The notes below the pieces were generated by a model. That model searched no databases. It worked only from the letters and a program-made list of their open reading frames with translations, and was not told the DNA's origin. Below, one piece after another: positions 47,111 to 56,709 of a stretch of DNA of 64,000 nt. The stretch is taken from IMG/VR virus record IMGVR_UViG_3300007747_000009, positions 1-64,000 of that record. One strand, written 5' to 3'. Made by a program: the position numbers and the translations under genes. Origin of the DNA: a virus (Duplodnaviria; Caudoviricetes). Each line of letters begins with the position of its first letter. Within the stretch, counting starts at the first letter, position 1.

Positions 47111-47667
47111 AGTCAGTATTACATTTAGATAAGATTGAGAACTCTTTTTTCGGTGAAATTTCTTTTCAATGGGATAAATTTCATTTACCAATTGAAATGA
47201 CAATATACAAAGATAAAGGAGATGTTGAATTGACAACAAAGATTGATAAAGATAACAATCATTGTCCTAAATTAATTCAGATTCGTCTTTATAAATTAGA
47301 TCCTGATGTAACTGAAGCAAGTTTTTGTCGGGCTACATCATATACTAATCTCGACTTACAAACATTGAACTACGCTGAATATAATTCAGATAAAATTCAT
47401 CTTTCGGGATTAGCACTAACTGACCGTAACTTTCATCTGAACTACGATTCATATGAGAGTGAACATTTTCAGTACTCAACAATTGAAGAGATAAGAGATA
47501 TAGAGTTTTACCACAATTTGCATCACCTCTATGGTCACTTCAATACTATAATGCCACAGTATAAAGGATTATCCATTCAGTACAATCAAGATTACACTGA
47601 TTTTTTGACTGAAGAGTTTCGTGAATTTATAACTCAAAAAGCATGGGGATTGATTTCACTAGCATGA
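47080..47667 (+). CDS. FQ-motif tandem paralog
   Basis: ESEHFQYSTI. Confidence 0.75.
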   Translation: MEYQNYTNLLKSVLHLDKIENSFFGEISFQWDKFHLPIEMTIYKDKGDVELTTKIDKDNNHCPKLIQIRLYKLDPDVTEASFCRATSYTNLDLQTLNYAEYNSDKIHLSGLALTDRNFHLNYDSYESEHFQYSTIEEIRDIEFYHNLHHLYGHFNTIMPQYKGLSIQYNQDYTDFLTEEFREFITQKAWGLISLA

Positions 47668-48344
47668 AAACTACATATGAAAAGACTATAAAATTATCTC
47701 AGTACATTAAAGATATTATGTACATGCAAAAGTACTACTTGGATATATACCATGAAATCAACAAAGTATATATTGCAGGAAAACGTACTACTAAAAAGTT
47801 ATCAGTTGAATCAGTAAGATCATACTCTATGTATATTCAACCAGTTGAACAAGTTGTTCAAAGTTCAGTACAGCAAAAGAATGACTATAATGATATAGTA
47901 CTAATGTCATTATCTAATTCAGATGCACATATTAAAAATAATACAAATAAAGGTGCAAAGTACAAGTACATTCATCAATTTTCATCAGATCCTAAAGGTT
48001 CAATTTTCAATACAGAAGCAATAGCCGAACAGTACAGAGATTTGTATTTTATTTTAGACAACGGTATTAACAACAACACAATAAAAGAATCGGAATTCCA
48101 AGCTTCATTGTTGAGTTGCAATGAAAGCATGGTTAGGATATACTTGTATACATTATTGTTTGATTCTTTAAAAGATATGCAGTTCGAAGACCAATATCCG
48201 GTTTCATTATGTTTATCTAGTACAGATATACTCAGATACATACCTGCAAGAAAAGCATATATTGACTTATTAGATAAGAGAGTGGGGACTAGACATGATT
48301 GGAGAGAAGAACTTAAAGTGCGTTATGGACGTACTATTGAATGA
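47664..48344 (+). CDS. FQ-motif tandem paralog
   Basis: KESEFQASLL. Confidence 0.65.
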   Translation: MKTTYEKTIKLSQYIKDIMYMQKYYLDIYHEINKVYIAGKRTTKKLSVESVRSYSMYIQPVEQVVQSSVQQKNDYNDIVLMSLSNSDAHIKNNTNKGAKYKYIHQFSSDPKGSIFNTEAIAEQYRDLYFILDNGINNNTIKESEFQASLLSCNESMVRIYLYTLLFDSLKDMQFEDQYPVSLCLSSTDILRYIPARKAYIDLLDKRVGTRHDWREELKVRYGRTIE

Positions 48345-48891
48345 TGAACTATATTTTGCACTACATTCATTACTAGAACGTTTTAATAACTTCAGGGCAG
48401 AACATATTAATAGTACTGGGTATGATGGATTGAATAATATTATCTCAAAGCATGGTCTAATGGATTCTGAGACTTGGAGAGATGCTCTTTATATCAGAAC
48501 CACACAACCTAATGCTGGAAGTGTTGGTTCTGTATTGGAGTTAAGACAGTATGTTACAAATCACCCAGAGAATACTTTAGTAAGTAATAGAATGGAAATT
48601 GAAGGTTATGCAAGAGCAACTGACATTAGTCCAATTAGAACAATAGTTTCTAGTAATGTTAGTGATAGTGTTGGATGGTACTTAGTAGATAATTATGTTA
48701 CTGATGATGTGGAGGCAGAATTATTCCAACTCAATACTATACATGAGGTGTACAGTACTTATGAGCTTCAAGAGATCATGAACAGGGCAATGAATCTGCC
48801 TCTTCTTCAAAATGATCACTTGACAATCTTAGAAGGAATGGTGTATCATGATGCCTATAAACACATGAACAATATTCTACGGGGTTATTAA
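48295..48891 (+). CDS. FQ-motif tandem paralog
   Basis: EAELFQLNTIH. Confidence 0.7.
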   Translation: MIGEKNLKCVMDVLLNDELYFALHSLLERFNNFRAEHINSTGYDGLNNIISKHGLMDSETWRDALYIRTTQPNAGSVGSVLELRQYVTNHPENTLVSNRMEIEGYARATDISPIRTIVSSNVSDSVGWYLVDNYVTDDVEAELFQLNTIHEVYSTYELQEIMNRAMNLPLLQNDHLTILEGMVYHDAYKHMNNILRGY

Positions 48892-49298
48892 TGATTTTAT
48901 ATCATGCCAGTACTGTACAAATTGATGAATTCTTTGTCCCTCATGGTGGTATACACACAGGAGGGCGTCATAGTGCTCTTGAGGCGGCCTTGCGTAAGGT
49001 TCGTGGGGACAATGCAAACGAAGACATTAAGATATATGTGCATCGCTTAGACGTTGATCTAGGGCGTTCTGTGCTATTGGATGATATGGGAAATTGTGAT
49101 AGTTGGCGTAGAATGATCATTGATTGCGACCGCGAAGGGTATAGCAGTATTGAGTACAGTAATGTGTATGAACCGGATGTATGTAATTCTTATATGATAT
49201 GGGAACCAAGTAGGATTAAAGTCCTATCTATTGAAGTACTTAGTCAAGATGCAGCGGAGGATATCGTTAATGAATTTTACGAAACGTATAACCTTTAG
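48891..49298 (+). CDS. Putative ADP-ribosyltransferase-fold protein (ART-PolyVal-like)
   Basis: LYHAS...GIHTG...A...GYSSIEYSNVYE...SYMIWEPSRIK resembles the YHGT..GxYF..GYDGI..E..YxVFxPxQIK pattern. Confidence 0.5.
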   Translation: MILYHASTVQIDEFFVPHGGIHTGGRHSALEAALRKVRGDNANEDIKIYVHRLDVDLGRSVLLDDMGNCDSWRRMIIDCDREGYSSIEYSNVYEPDVCNSYMIWEPSRIKVLSIEVLSQDAAEDIVNEFYETYNL

Positions 49299-49884
49299 TG
49301 ATGATGTGGATGAGGAAATTTACATCTTCAAGATGATGATTGATATTAGTGAGCGTATTCATGGACTTAGAATTGTAGGTGAAGTTCAAGTGAATGATAA
49401 TATTGATATGATCTTTAAATTAAATTGCAATGCCAGTACTAATATAATAGTATTAAAAAATAAGAACCGCATTGATAAAACTATGTTAATGGTTAGTGAT
49501 AGGGAGACGATGGATCTAATTAATGTCAGGTTGTCAACTCATTGGGGCTTTAATCGTAACCCAAATAGTGATAATGTTAATAGATTTTCATTTGTAAATA
49601 GCAATCAAGAAAATTTAGATGAAGAACTAGATTCATACCTAGAAGGTGGTGTAATGAATATACCAGAAGATTATTATTTCCAGCAAATGTTGGTTCGTGA
49701 TGATTTGATTGCATATGAGGACATTCAACGCTATCTGGATGCATTGACTATGAAATCCACCTTGAATGGGTGTGTCTGTTTTTATAAAATTCCCGAATAT
49801 ACATATATTGAATATAATTTAATCTACGATAAAGTACTAGAAACGATAACGGAGTTTTTATATGGCATTTCAAAAACGGACTGA
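49270..49884 (+). CDS. FQ-motif tandem paralog
   Basis: Start MNFTKR (GGAGG RBS); EDYYFQQMLV. Confidence 0.75.
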   Translation: MNFTKRITFSDDVDEEIYIFKMMIDISERIHGLRIVGEVQVNDNIDMIFKLNCNASTNIIVLKNKNRIDKTMLMVSDRETMDLINVRLSTHWGFNRNPNSDNVNRFSFVNSNQENLDEELDSYLEGGVMNIPEDYYFQQMLVRDDLIAYEDIQRYLDALTMKSTLNGCVCFYKIPEYTYIEYNLIYDKVLETITEFLYGISKTD

Positions 49885-50458
49885 ATTTATAGATGAAGTA
49901 GATGAAGAGATATATAATTTTTCGGTAATAGTACAGATAGCTGAGCATCTTTACGGTTCAGACATGCATTTCTATCGAGAAGAAATTCCAAATGTAGGTT
50001 TCATTTGGACAGCGAGAAATTCAGGGACTGATACTAATATTTTATGCTTTATGAAATCAATAGGTTCAAAAGTATATGAGATTTTAGAAGTGAGTTCGTC
50101 TCAAGTTCTAATGAATGTAAGACTTAAAAAACATATTGCTATTACACGCCTACGCAATGAATACCGATATAAATATTCATTTTTCGATAAGGATAAATGT
50201 GAGTTAGATGATCTTCTCGATGGTGGTATTATGAGAATTACAGAGGAAGAATATTTCCAGTACTCATTAGTTTGTAATGATTATATGGCTCATTATGAAG
50301 ACCTACCACGCTTCATGGAGATGTTAAAAATCGAAACTTCACTAGATCACGTTTCCCTTTATCATGAAAAATGCAAACATCTTACTGCAAAAGAATATAA
50401 TGAAATTTATGATGTTGTTTTAACTAAATTGTATGAGTTCGAAAATGAACATAAATGA
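49862..50458 (+). CDS. FQ-motif tandem paralog
   Basis: EEEYFQYSLV; N-terminus similar to the previous gene. Confidence 0.75.
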   Translation: MAFQKRTEFIDEVDEEIYNFSVIVQIAEHLYGSDMHFYREEIPNVGFIWTARNSGTDTNILCFMKSIGSKVYEILEVSSSQVLMNVRLKKHIAITRLRNEYRYKYSFFDKDKCELDDLLDGGIMRITEEEYFQYSLVCNDYMAHYEDLPRFMEMLKIETSLDHVSLYHEKCKHLTAKEYNEIYDVVLTKLYEFENEHK

Positions 50459-51005
50459 AGAATTAAAAATACTTAAGATTGTACTAAGCATATGTGAAGG
50501 TATAAGTACATCTAATATACAGCCCGGACATTATACTTATGATATTACACCGTCACCTAAAGGACGGTTAATATTCAATAATAAGGATTCATTTTCAATT
50601 TTGTATGGTGACACTGTAATTTTATATATAGAAAATTATGAATATCCACAATTGAGAACTGATAGTGACTGGACAATTTGCTTTGAGCCGTCATCTGAAC
50701 ATTATAATTGTTTTAGTTTCTTAAATTCGGGCGATGATTTAGAAGCTGAAGAATTTATAGATAGTTTCACTTATAATGCAAGAATTATGACAGAGGAAGA
50801 GTACTTTCAGGCTACATGTATTCATCCAGATATGCCCCCGTATGAAAATATATCTAGTTATTTAAAAATTATGGATGAAATGCGTAGATCATTTTTGCGG
50901 GGATCGTTATGGTTAAAAATGAAACCTGCATTGGATTATGATTTTTACAGAAAACTACGGCGTACTCTTATTCACGAAGGTGGGATTAATATAAATGTAT
51001 ATTAG
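50445..51005 (+). CDS. FQ-motif tandem paralog
   Basis: EEEYFQATCI. Confidence 0.75.
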   Translation: MNINEELKILKIVLSICEGISTSNIQPGHYTYDITPSPKGRLIFNNKDSFSILYGDTVILYIENYEYPQLRTDSDWTICFEPSSEHYNCFSFLNSGDDLEAEEFIDSFTYNARIMTEEEYFQATCIHPDMPPYENISSYLKIMDEMRRSFLRGSLWLKMKPALDYDFYRKLRRTLIHEGGININVY

Positions 51006-51606
51006 TGATGATGATTATATAAAAGCATTAGAGATTAACTTATCGCTGTTTACTCTCATGCGAAAGATTTATAAGTACGTAATATTGTATGAAGGTGAGA
51101 CAATACTTTCTAAATCACTGATTAAAATACATGATAACGAACTCAAATATATGGCTGGGATTGAAAAATCATGGATATTAAAATCACCCCTTGAAAATTC
51201 TAGATATAGTATTGCTTTTGAGTTTAATCAAATGTCTATGATATATGGCTCAGCACAGTCATATTTAAACATATTCAATGGTGATGAAATAATTCTGAAT
51301 AGTGAATATAGTAAATTTATTATAACTGGATTTCCCGAAGTTGATAAGCATTTTATGGGATGGGAATTTGATTTATCCGAAGAACAATATTTCCAGTACT
51401 GTACTTTATATGATGTACCTAGTTACGATAGACTATTAAAAACTTGTAATCTATTAAAAGAGTTTCGTTATCACTCAGATCATCGAGATGGTGAAAACCA
51501 TTTATATTACAATATTCATTTCAAACAAATATGCAACAATCTAGAGGCATTTAGTGCAATCAGGGATGCACTTATTAAAAAATTAGGAGAATTTGAAAAT
51601 GTATGA
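50995..51606 (+). CDS. FQ-motif tandem paralog
   Basis: EEQYFQYCTLY. Confidence 0.75.
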   Translation: MYISDDDYIKALEINLSLFTLMRKIYKYVILYEGETILSKSLIKIHDNELKYMAGIEKSWILKSPLENSRYSIAFEFNQMSMIYGSAQSYLNIFNGDEIILNSEYSKFIITGFPEVDKHFMGWEFDLSEEQYFQYCTLYDVPSYDRLLKTCNLLKEFRYHSDHRDGENHLYYNIHFKQICNNLEAFSAIRDALIKKLGEFENV

Positions 51607-52066
51607 ATCTAATACCATACAAGTACTTGACAACATCAACACAATCAATTATATTGTACAGGATTGTTTGAAACACGTATCAGGTTCTAATGTTTCTGCC
51701 CGAAACACAGCGGTGAAGGGTGATGGATATGCAATGGATATTAAATTGGGTTATGCAAATTGTTACAATTTTCACATACGAACCCAGTACTTACAAGATT
51801 TGTGCCGAGTCTATTTAAGTCCACGTGAGTTATATGTTCGGTACTCACCAAAATTTATGTTCGGTTACCATCCTAAAACTAAATTATTCTCAACAAACTT
51901 ATTCTCAGAAACCTTCACATTAGATGATATGGAGTCGGTATTCTTCACTCAAAACTGTTTAGACGGTTGGGGGTTGCAAGTTGAGTTTGATTGTGATATC
52001 ATGAAAACAACACTTAACATGTGCAGGAAAATTCACGATGATTTCGTTATTTCTATCAAAAAATAA
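51593..52066 (+). CDS. FQ-motif tandem paralog (variant)
   Basis: ESVFFTQNCL. Confidence 0.6.
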   Translation: MKMYESNTIQVLDNINTINYIVQDCLKHVSGSNVSARNTAVKGDGYAMDIKLGYANCYNFHIRTQYLQDLCRVYLSPRELYVRYSPKFMFGYHPKTKLFSTNLFSETFTLDDMESVFFTQNCLDGWGLQVEFDCDIMKTTLNMCRKIHDDFVISIKK

Positions 52067-52502
52067 AACACGCCTAACAACACTCGATGAATTGATTGAT
52101 GTTGTTGTAACGAACAAAGACTTACTTCAAAAAGATGGTATTACAAACATAAATGGTATTGTTTTCTATCATTGCACAAATAGTGATGATGAGATTTTAT
52201 TATCTTACGGTTCTAATTGTTTAAAAATCACAAAGCATCATTACCGTGATATTAAAAGATACCATGTATGTTCACATGAAATGACTTCAGATACAGAAAG
52301 ATTTGAATTTGAAATAACAAAGGAGGGAGTTAATTTTGGAGATAAAACCGGTTCTGCTGTACTTCTCCCTCACGAAGCATTTGAATGTGAAATAAACTTC
52401 TTCCAGTACACCCTAATGAATCTAAAGTATTCATGTACTGAACAAAGTATCATTAAACTCGTAAACTTAATACAAGAGGTATTAGATGTCAAACTTGGAT
52501 AG
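52038..52502 (+). CDS. FQ-motif tandem paralog
   Basis: EINFFQYTLM. Confidence 0.7.
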   Translation: MISLFLSKNKTRLTTLDELIDVVVTNKDLLQKDGITNINGIVFYHCTNSDDEILLSYGSNCLKITKHHYRDIKRYHVCSHEMTSDTERFEFEITKEGVNFGDKTGSAVLLPHEAFECEINFFQYTLMNLKYSCTEQSIIKLVNLIQEVLDVKLG

Positions 52503-52986
52503 TATCTTTAAAAGTCTAAGTAACCACTTTAATAGGGGTTCAAACAAATTAGTATCAAATAACAATTATGCAGTATACAGTGCTGGTACTATTCATCAGA
52601 TCACAATCGAGAATGAAACAGTTATTATTGGACACGACACATTACGTTTAGTCTATACTAATACAGATAAGACTGCATCTGTTGCATTTTCTCCTGCTAA
52701 AATATCGGTTGGATCATATGTACGTGAGGTTGAACTCAACCTCAGTGTGATGAATGACGGATATAAGAATACATACAATCGTCTTCATGTGGATGGTGGT
52801 GAACTATTCCAACTTAGTACTGTATATGATTTTGACTTCACAATCCTCCAAGATATTTTAGCTAAATACTTAGAGCTTCTAAAAGTGATGAAAACTTCTG
52901 ATAAATTAAATAATGATCATCCACAAATTGATGAGGCGATCAAAAATATTTCAGAAGCTGTTGCACTTTACAATAAAGAAGCATAA
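52486..52986 (+). CDS. FQ-motif tandem paralog
   Basis: GGELFQLSTVY. Confidence 0.7.
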   Translation: MSNLDSIFKSLSNHFNRGSNKLVSNNNYAVYSAGTIHQITIENETVIIGHDTLRLVYTNTDKTASVAFSPAKISVGSYVREVELNLSVMNDGYKNTYNRLHVDGGELFQLSTVYDFDFTILQDILAKYLELLKVMKTSDKLNNDHPQIDEAIKNISEAVALYNKEA

Positions 52987-53036
52987 AGTATTTTTAGGAC
53001 ACACGGATTGTGTCTATTAGGTTCAAGGAGTGAACT

Positions 53037-53510
53037 ATGGTCGGATTAAATGAGAGTGGTCCAGTAGAAGATGTAATCGCTCAAGATGCCTTTAAGATTC
53101 ACGGTACTATGTTTAGTGTACGTGATATTGTGCAATGTTTATTTTTATGCAGTAAATCTCTTCATGATTTATATCACCAAGATCGTTGTAATCTATTTGT
53201 AATTACGATTAACATTGAAGACTCTTGGGTGATGGGAATGCCAATGTACGCGAATCAGAATTTTAACGAACGTGTTTGTCGAAATAATGATGAAGTTACG
53301 GCACAGAGTAATGTACATAATCGTCGTAATACATACTTGACAAAAGACGACAATAAGTATATGCTATTCTTAACGAAAGGTTATATACTAGATAACTACA
53401 CAGTAAAAGATAGTTATCATGACTTCAAAGTATCAGAAGATAAGCCACATGTGATGATTTATGCATCTGACTTTGAAAGTTTAACAGTTAAAAATCCTAA
53501 TTTGGAGTAA
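53037..53510 (+). CDS. Hypothetical protein
   Basis: AAGGAG RBS. Confidence 0.7.
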   Translation: MVGLNESGPVEDVIAQDAFKIHGTMFSVRDIVQCLFLCSKSLHDLYHQDRCNLFVITINIEDSWVMGMPMYANQNFNERVCRNNDEVTAQSNVHNRRNTYLTKDDNKYMLFLTKGYILDNYTVKDSYHDFKVSEDKPHVMIYASDFESLTVKNPNLE

Positions 53511-53512
53511 TA

Positions 53513-53662
53513 ATGGCTAAGAAACCAAAACAACATGCTGTTAGCAACCCAGTTGCAAAACACATGGAAACCTTCAATAAACCAAAAACATTTGTTGATC
53601 AAAAGAAAGAATCAAAGAATGGAAAAATCAAACACAAAGGACGTGACTACACGTCCTTTTAA
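53513..53662 (+). CDS. Small basic protein, ArfA-like (49 aa)
   Basis: MAKKPKQHAVSNPVAKHMETFNKPKTFVDQKKESKNGKIKHKGRDYTSF; GGAG RBS; missed by the ORF track. Confidence 0.55.
   Translation: MAKKPKQHAVSNPVAKHMETFNKPKTFVDQKKESKNGKIKHKGRDYTSF
53636..53660 (+). terminator. Hairpin/terminator inside the 3' end of the 49-aa ORF
   Basis: AAAGGACGTG-acta-CACGTCCTTTT. Confidence 0.65.
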
Positions 53663-53677
53663 CATTTGTGGGGTACT

Positions 53678-54553
53678 ATGAAAACTATTTTTGATTACAA
53701 AAAACATTCAGTACTAGAATATAATGACCTGCTTAGAGAACTTCATTGCGGCTCTAATCCAACTATTAATTTTACTATCCCAGTACAGGTCAGTACAAGA
53801 TCTAATAAGGGAGTTACAATTACATTTTCTGAAAATCGTTGGATTAATACCCGTGATGATGGTTGGGAATCCTGTAATTATGATGTATTATCTGGTGATG
53901 TAATTTACAGTAGGAATTACTTTTCGGTGGATTCTCGTTCTGGTGCAGAATCTGTTGGGTTGGATTTGGTTTCATACATTAGAAGACCAGCTCAGGGTAT
54001 TACATACAAATCTGTTCACTTGAATGGTTTAAACATTTTTAGATACGATAAAGGACAAATTCGCTGCGATAACAAAAGAATATTTTATTTCTCATTAGAA
54101 CCTTTCAAAAAGTACAAAACATATACACTTAACACTGATTGCGGTTTAGTGTATTATGAAAAACAAAGTTATAAGAATGGAACACTTGATTCATCAGTAC
54201 GGGTTAAAGGTGATAAAGACGATTATGCACTTAGTATTAATCGTAATAAAAAAACCAATAATGTAGAGATATCTTTATCTAAAAATTTTAAAAGAGTAAG
54301 TATTATCGAGTTAAGTACTAAAGATTGTAGTATTGAACATATTTTCAATAAGTACACAATGTTTACTATAGACATGAATTGTACTCCAGAAGAATTTGAA
54401 ATTTTAGAAAATGTCCGTGCATTACTAAAGCGTCATTTAGTTAATACTTATAATCATGTGAAAGAAAAGAAACAAAATACGAATATTATATGGACCGCAT
54501 TAAAAGCGATAGAGGTGATGGAAGATGATGAATATCAAATTCAAGGACGGTAA
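53678..54553 (+). CDS. Hypothetical protein
   Basis: GGGG RBS; start MKTIFD. Confidence 0.75.
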   Translation: MKTIFDYKKHSVLEYNDLLRELHCGSNPTINFTIPVQVSTRSNKGVTITFSENRWINTRDDGWESCNYDVLSGDVIYSRNYFSVDSRSGAESVGLDLVSYIRRPAQGITYKSVHLNGLNIFRYDKGQIRCDNKRIFYFSLEPFKKYKTYTLNTDCGLVYYEKQSYKNGTLDSSVRVKGDKDDYALSINRNKKTNNVEISLSKNFKRVSIIELSTKDCSIEHIFNKYTMFTIDMNCTPEEFEILENVRALLKRHLVNTYNHVKEKKQNTNIIWTALKAIEVMEDDEYQIQGR

Positions 54554-54851
54554 GCCCAGAATGGCTAATCTTGGACGTAGATTAGTACCTAAGAATGGTG
54601 AGAAAATCGTTCACCCAGATGGGACTGTGATGTTTCTATTGAACGCGGTGAGTGAAAAGGCGGCGGTTGACGCAATGATCCTCGCATCACGGTTCAACCA
54701 ATCAGATGAAGATAGGCGGTACTTGACGTATCTGTACACTGAGCACATCCTCGATTTGGATGAACCGGATGAGAAGATGTTCTTCATGCTTCTTGACGAC
54801 TTCAATCAGTGGTGGCGACACCTCTCTGAAAAACTCGGGACAGATGAGTAA
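54525..54851 (+). CDS. Hypothetical protein
   Basis: 108 aa ORF. Confidence 0.65.
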   Translation: MMNIKFKDGKPRMANLGRRLVPKNGEKIVHPDGTVMFLLNAVSEKAAVDAMILASRFNQSDEDRRYLTYLYTEHILDLDEPDEKMFFMLLDDFNQWWRHLSEKLGTDE

Positions 54852-54892
54852 TAATGTGATATAATAACTCATCTAGAAAATGAGGAAAAAAT

Positions 54893-55114
54893 ATGATTGT
54901 AGCAATGAATATTACGTCAGAAAGTGGTGATAGCTATCTATTACTTTTCAAAGATAAAACAGTACAAGAGATTGAACAAGAACTACTAGAAAACAAAGAG
55001 TGCTATTACGGTGCTGGGGTAGAGTTTGAAGTACTAGATTGTACTGAAGAAGAAGAACAGGATTTGATTGGAATGATTCATAATTTCCAAGAAAAATCAT
55101 GGGACTTCGATTAA
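54893..55114 (+). CDS. Hypothetical acidic protein
   Basis: GAGGA RBS. Confidence 0.7.
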   Translation: MIVAMNITSESGDSYLLLFKDKTVQEIEQELLENKECYYGAGVEFEVLDCTEEEEQDLIGMIHNFQEKSWDFD

Positions 55115-55155
55115 TTTAAAACAACGAACATAACTTTTCGAAAGGAGACGAATTT

Positions 55156-55542
55156 ATGAACGTAGAACACTCTCAAATCTTACAGGCAGTTGGTGGCGTA
55201 GTTCTCATTAACCATGAAGGTAGTGAAAAGCTATGTTGTCTTGAAGATATGCAACACACCAAATTTTTCACAATAGGTCAACTATTCAATGCGATTCGAG
55301 TACTTAAAGGGAAAGACGTAGTAGAATATGGTGACTTGTGGCCTTCCTATCGCAATCGCAAAACTGGAGAAGTTTCTGCTGATTGGGAAACACTTAAAGC
55401 AGTACTCGCAAATTGTGACTCAGATTATGACTTCATGGTTGAAGCATGTGCACAATTGAATGAGGAAGTACCAGAGATTGTAGAACGCAAGACAGTACTC
55501 GATCGTCTTGAAATGTATCGTGCTGGTTCACTAAACATCTAA
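55156..55542 (+). CDS. Hypothetical protein
   Basis: AAGGAG RBS. Confidence 0.75.
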   Translation: MNVEHSQILQAVGGVVLINHEGSEKLCCLEDMQHTKFFTIGQLFNAIRVLKGKDVVEYGDLWPSYRNRKTGEVSADWETLKAVLANCDSDYDFMVEACAQLNEEVPEIVERKTVLDRLEMYRAGSLNI

Positions 55543-55569
55543 TAACATATTTTGAAAGGGAATTTAAAA

Positions 55570-55872
55570 ATGGAAGATACAAACAAATTTGACATGTTCG
55601 CAACACTAAATGAACGCGACTTCAACGAAATTGAAAACGAAGAAGTTGAACTAGTTAGTGTAACCGCAAAATCTGATAGTAAGAAAAAGTACCGCACAGT
55701 AGCAGTACGTTCACAAGAAGAATACGAGACATTTATTGATAGTATTCATTTCGAAACTCTTACTCACCCAACAACTGGTGAAGATTATCAAGTAAAAGTT
55801 ACAGTACTAAAACCTGAAATCAATCCACAAGAAAACTTACGCCCTGTTTTTGCGTATAGTACCAATCACTAA
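55570..55872 (+). CDS. Hypothetical protein
   Basis: Start MEDTNK. Confidence 0.7.
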   Translation: MEDTNKFDMFATLNERDFNEIENEEVELVSVTAKSDSKKKYRTVAVRSQEEYETFIDSIHFETLTHPTTGEDYQVKVTVLKPEINPQENLRPVFAYSTNH

Positions 55873-55880
55873 TTATAATA

Positions 55881-55908
55881 AGCAGGAGGAAACTCCTGCT
55901 ATTTTTTT
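55881..55908 (+). terminator. Intrinsic terminator
   Basis: AGCAGGAG-gaaa-CTCCTGCT then T7. Confidence 0.85.
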
Positions 55909-55929
55909 AAGTTAATTTCGGAGGACTTC

Positions 55930-56709
55930 ATGATAAGCATAAAAGAAATAGCAGAATTCCAAGCACAACAGTACGATATGATCACAACAGAAGCTAACAA
56001 AATTCATCCTAAATTACTTCGAAGAATAAGCTTTGATGAACTTTTTAGTGATGATTTTAAAGCTCAAGAATACGAAGATCAATATAATAAAAATATTAAA
56101 CCATTAATTCGTTATTATGAAACTGAATTGGACAAAATGATCAACAGCCACCTGTATGATATTTTAGAGGGTTGGATCATAATTCATCCAGATAAACATT
56201 TTGGATTTGAATTTGATACAGGGAAACCAGTATCAGTTGTTCCAAGTGATATACTAGATGCATTGAATGGTGATATACTCATTAACGTGGAATTGGAAGA
56301 TTATTATTCAGTAGTTAGGGAGATGAAAGAAGAATATACATTGAAACCATTCTGGCAGTATAGCTATGTATTATACGGTAATGGTCAACGTCCATCATTA
56401 AGTACATATAGTACTTCAGAGGCATACATAAAGTATAATAGATTACTATACAAAAATGTTTATTCTACGTATGAACAGGTAGCCAATATAGCTACTGATA
56501 TATCAAGTCTTCCCTTTAAAATGAATTATCCACCAATGGATAATAATCTAAAAAGTGCTTTTGTAAATAGTGATTTAACTAAAATGTTAAAACATCATAA
56601 AGTACTAAACGCATTCTTCGAAAAATTTGGGAAAGATGCGGGTACTGGTGATTATTCTTCATACGAAGATGAGAATGGAAAAATTAAATTCACGAGGATT
56701 CAATATTGA
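55930..56709 (+). CDS. Hypothetical protein
   Basis: GGAGG RBS; 259 aa. Confidence 0.75.
   Translation: MISIKEIAEFQAQQYDMITTEANKIHPKLLRRISFDELFSDDFKAQEYEDQYNKNIKPLIRYYETELDKMINSHLYDILEGWIIIHPDKHFGFEFDTGKPVSVVPSDILDALNGDILINVELEDYYSVVREMKEEYTLKPFWQYSYVLYGNGQRPSLSTYSTSEAYIKYNRLLYKNVYSTYEQVANIATDISSLPFKMNYPPMDNNLKSAFVNSDLTKMLKHHKVLNAFFEKFGKDAGTGDYSSYEDENGKIKFTRIQY

Noticed and set aside
33122-52986. Diversity-generating retroelement as the source of paralog variation
   Set aside because: No reverse transcriptase and no TR/VR pair differing only at adenines.
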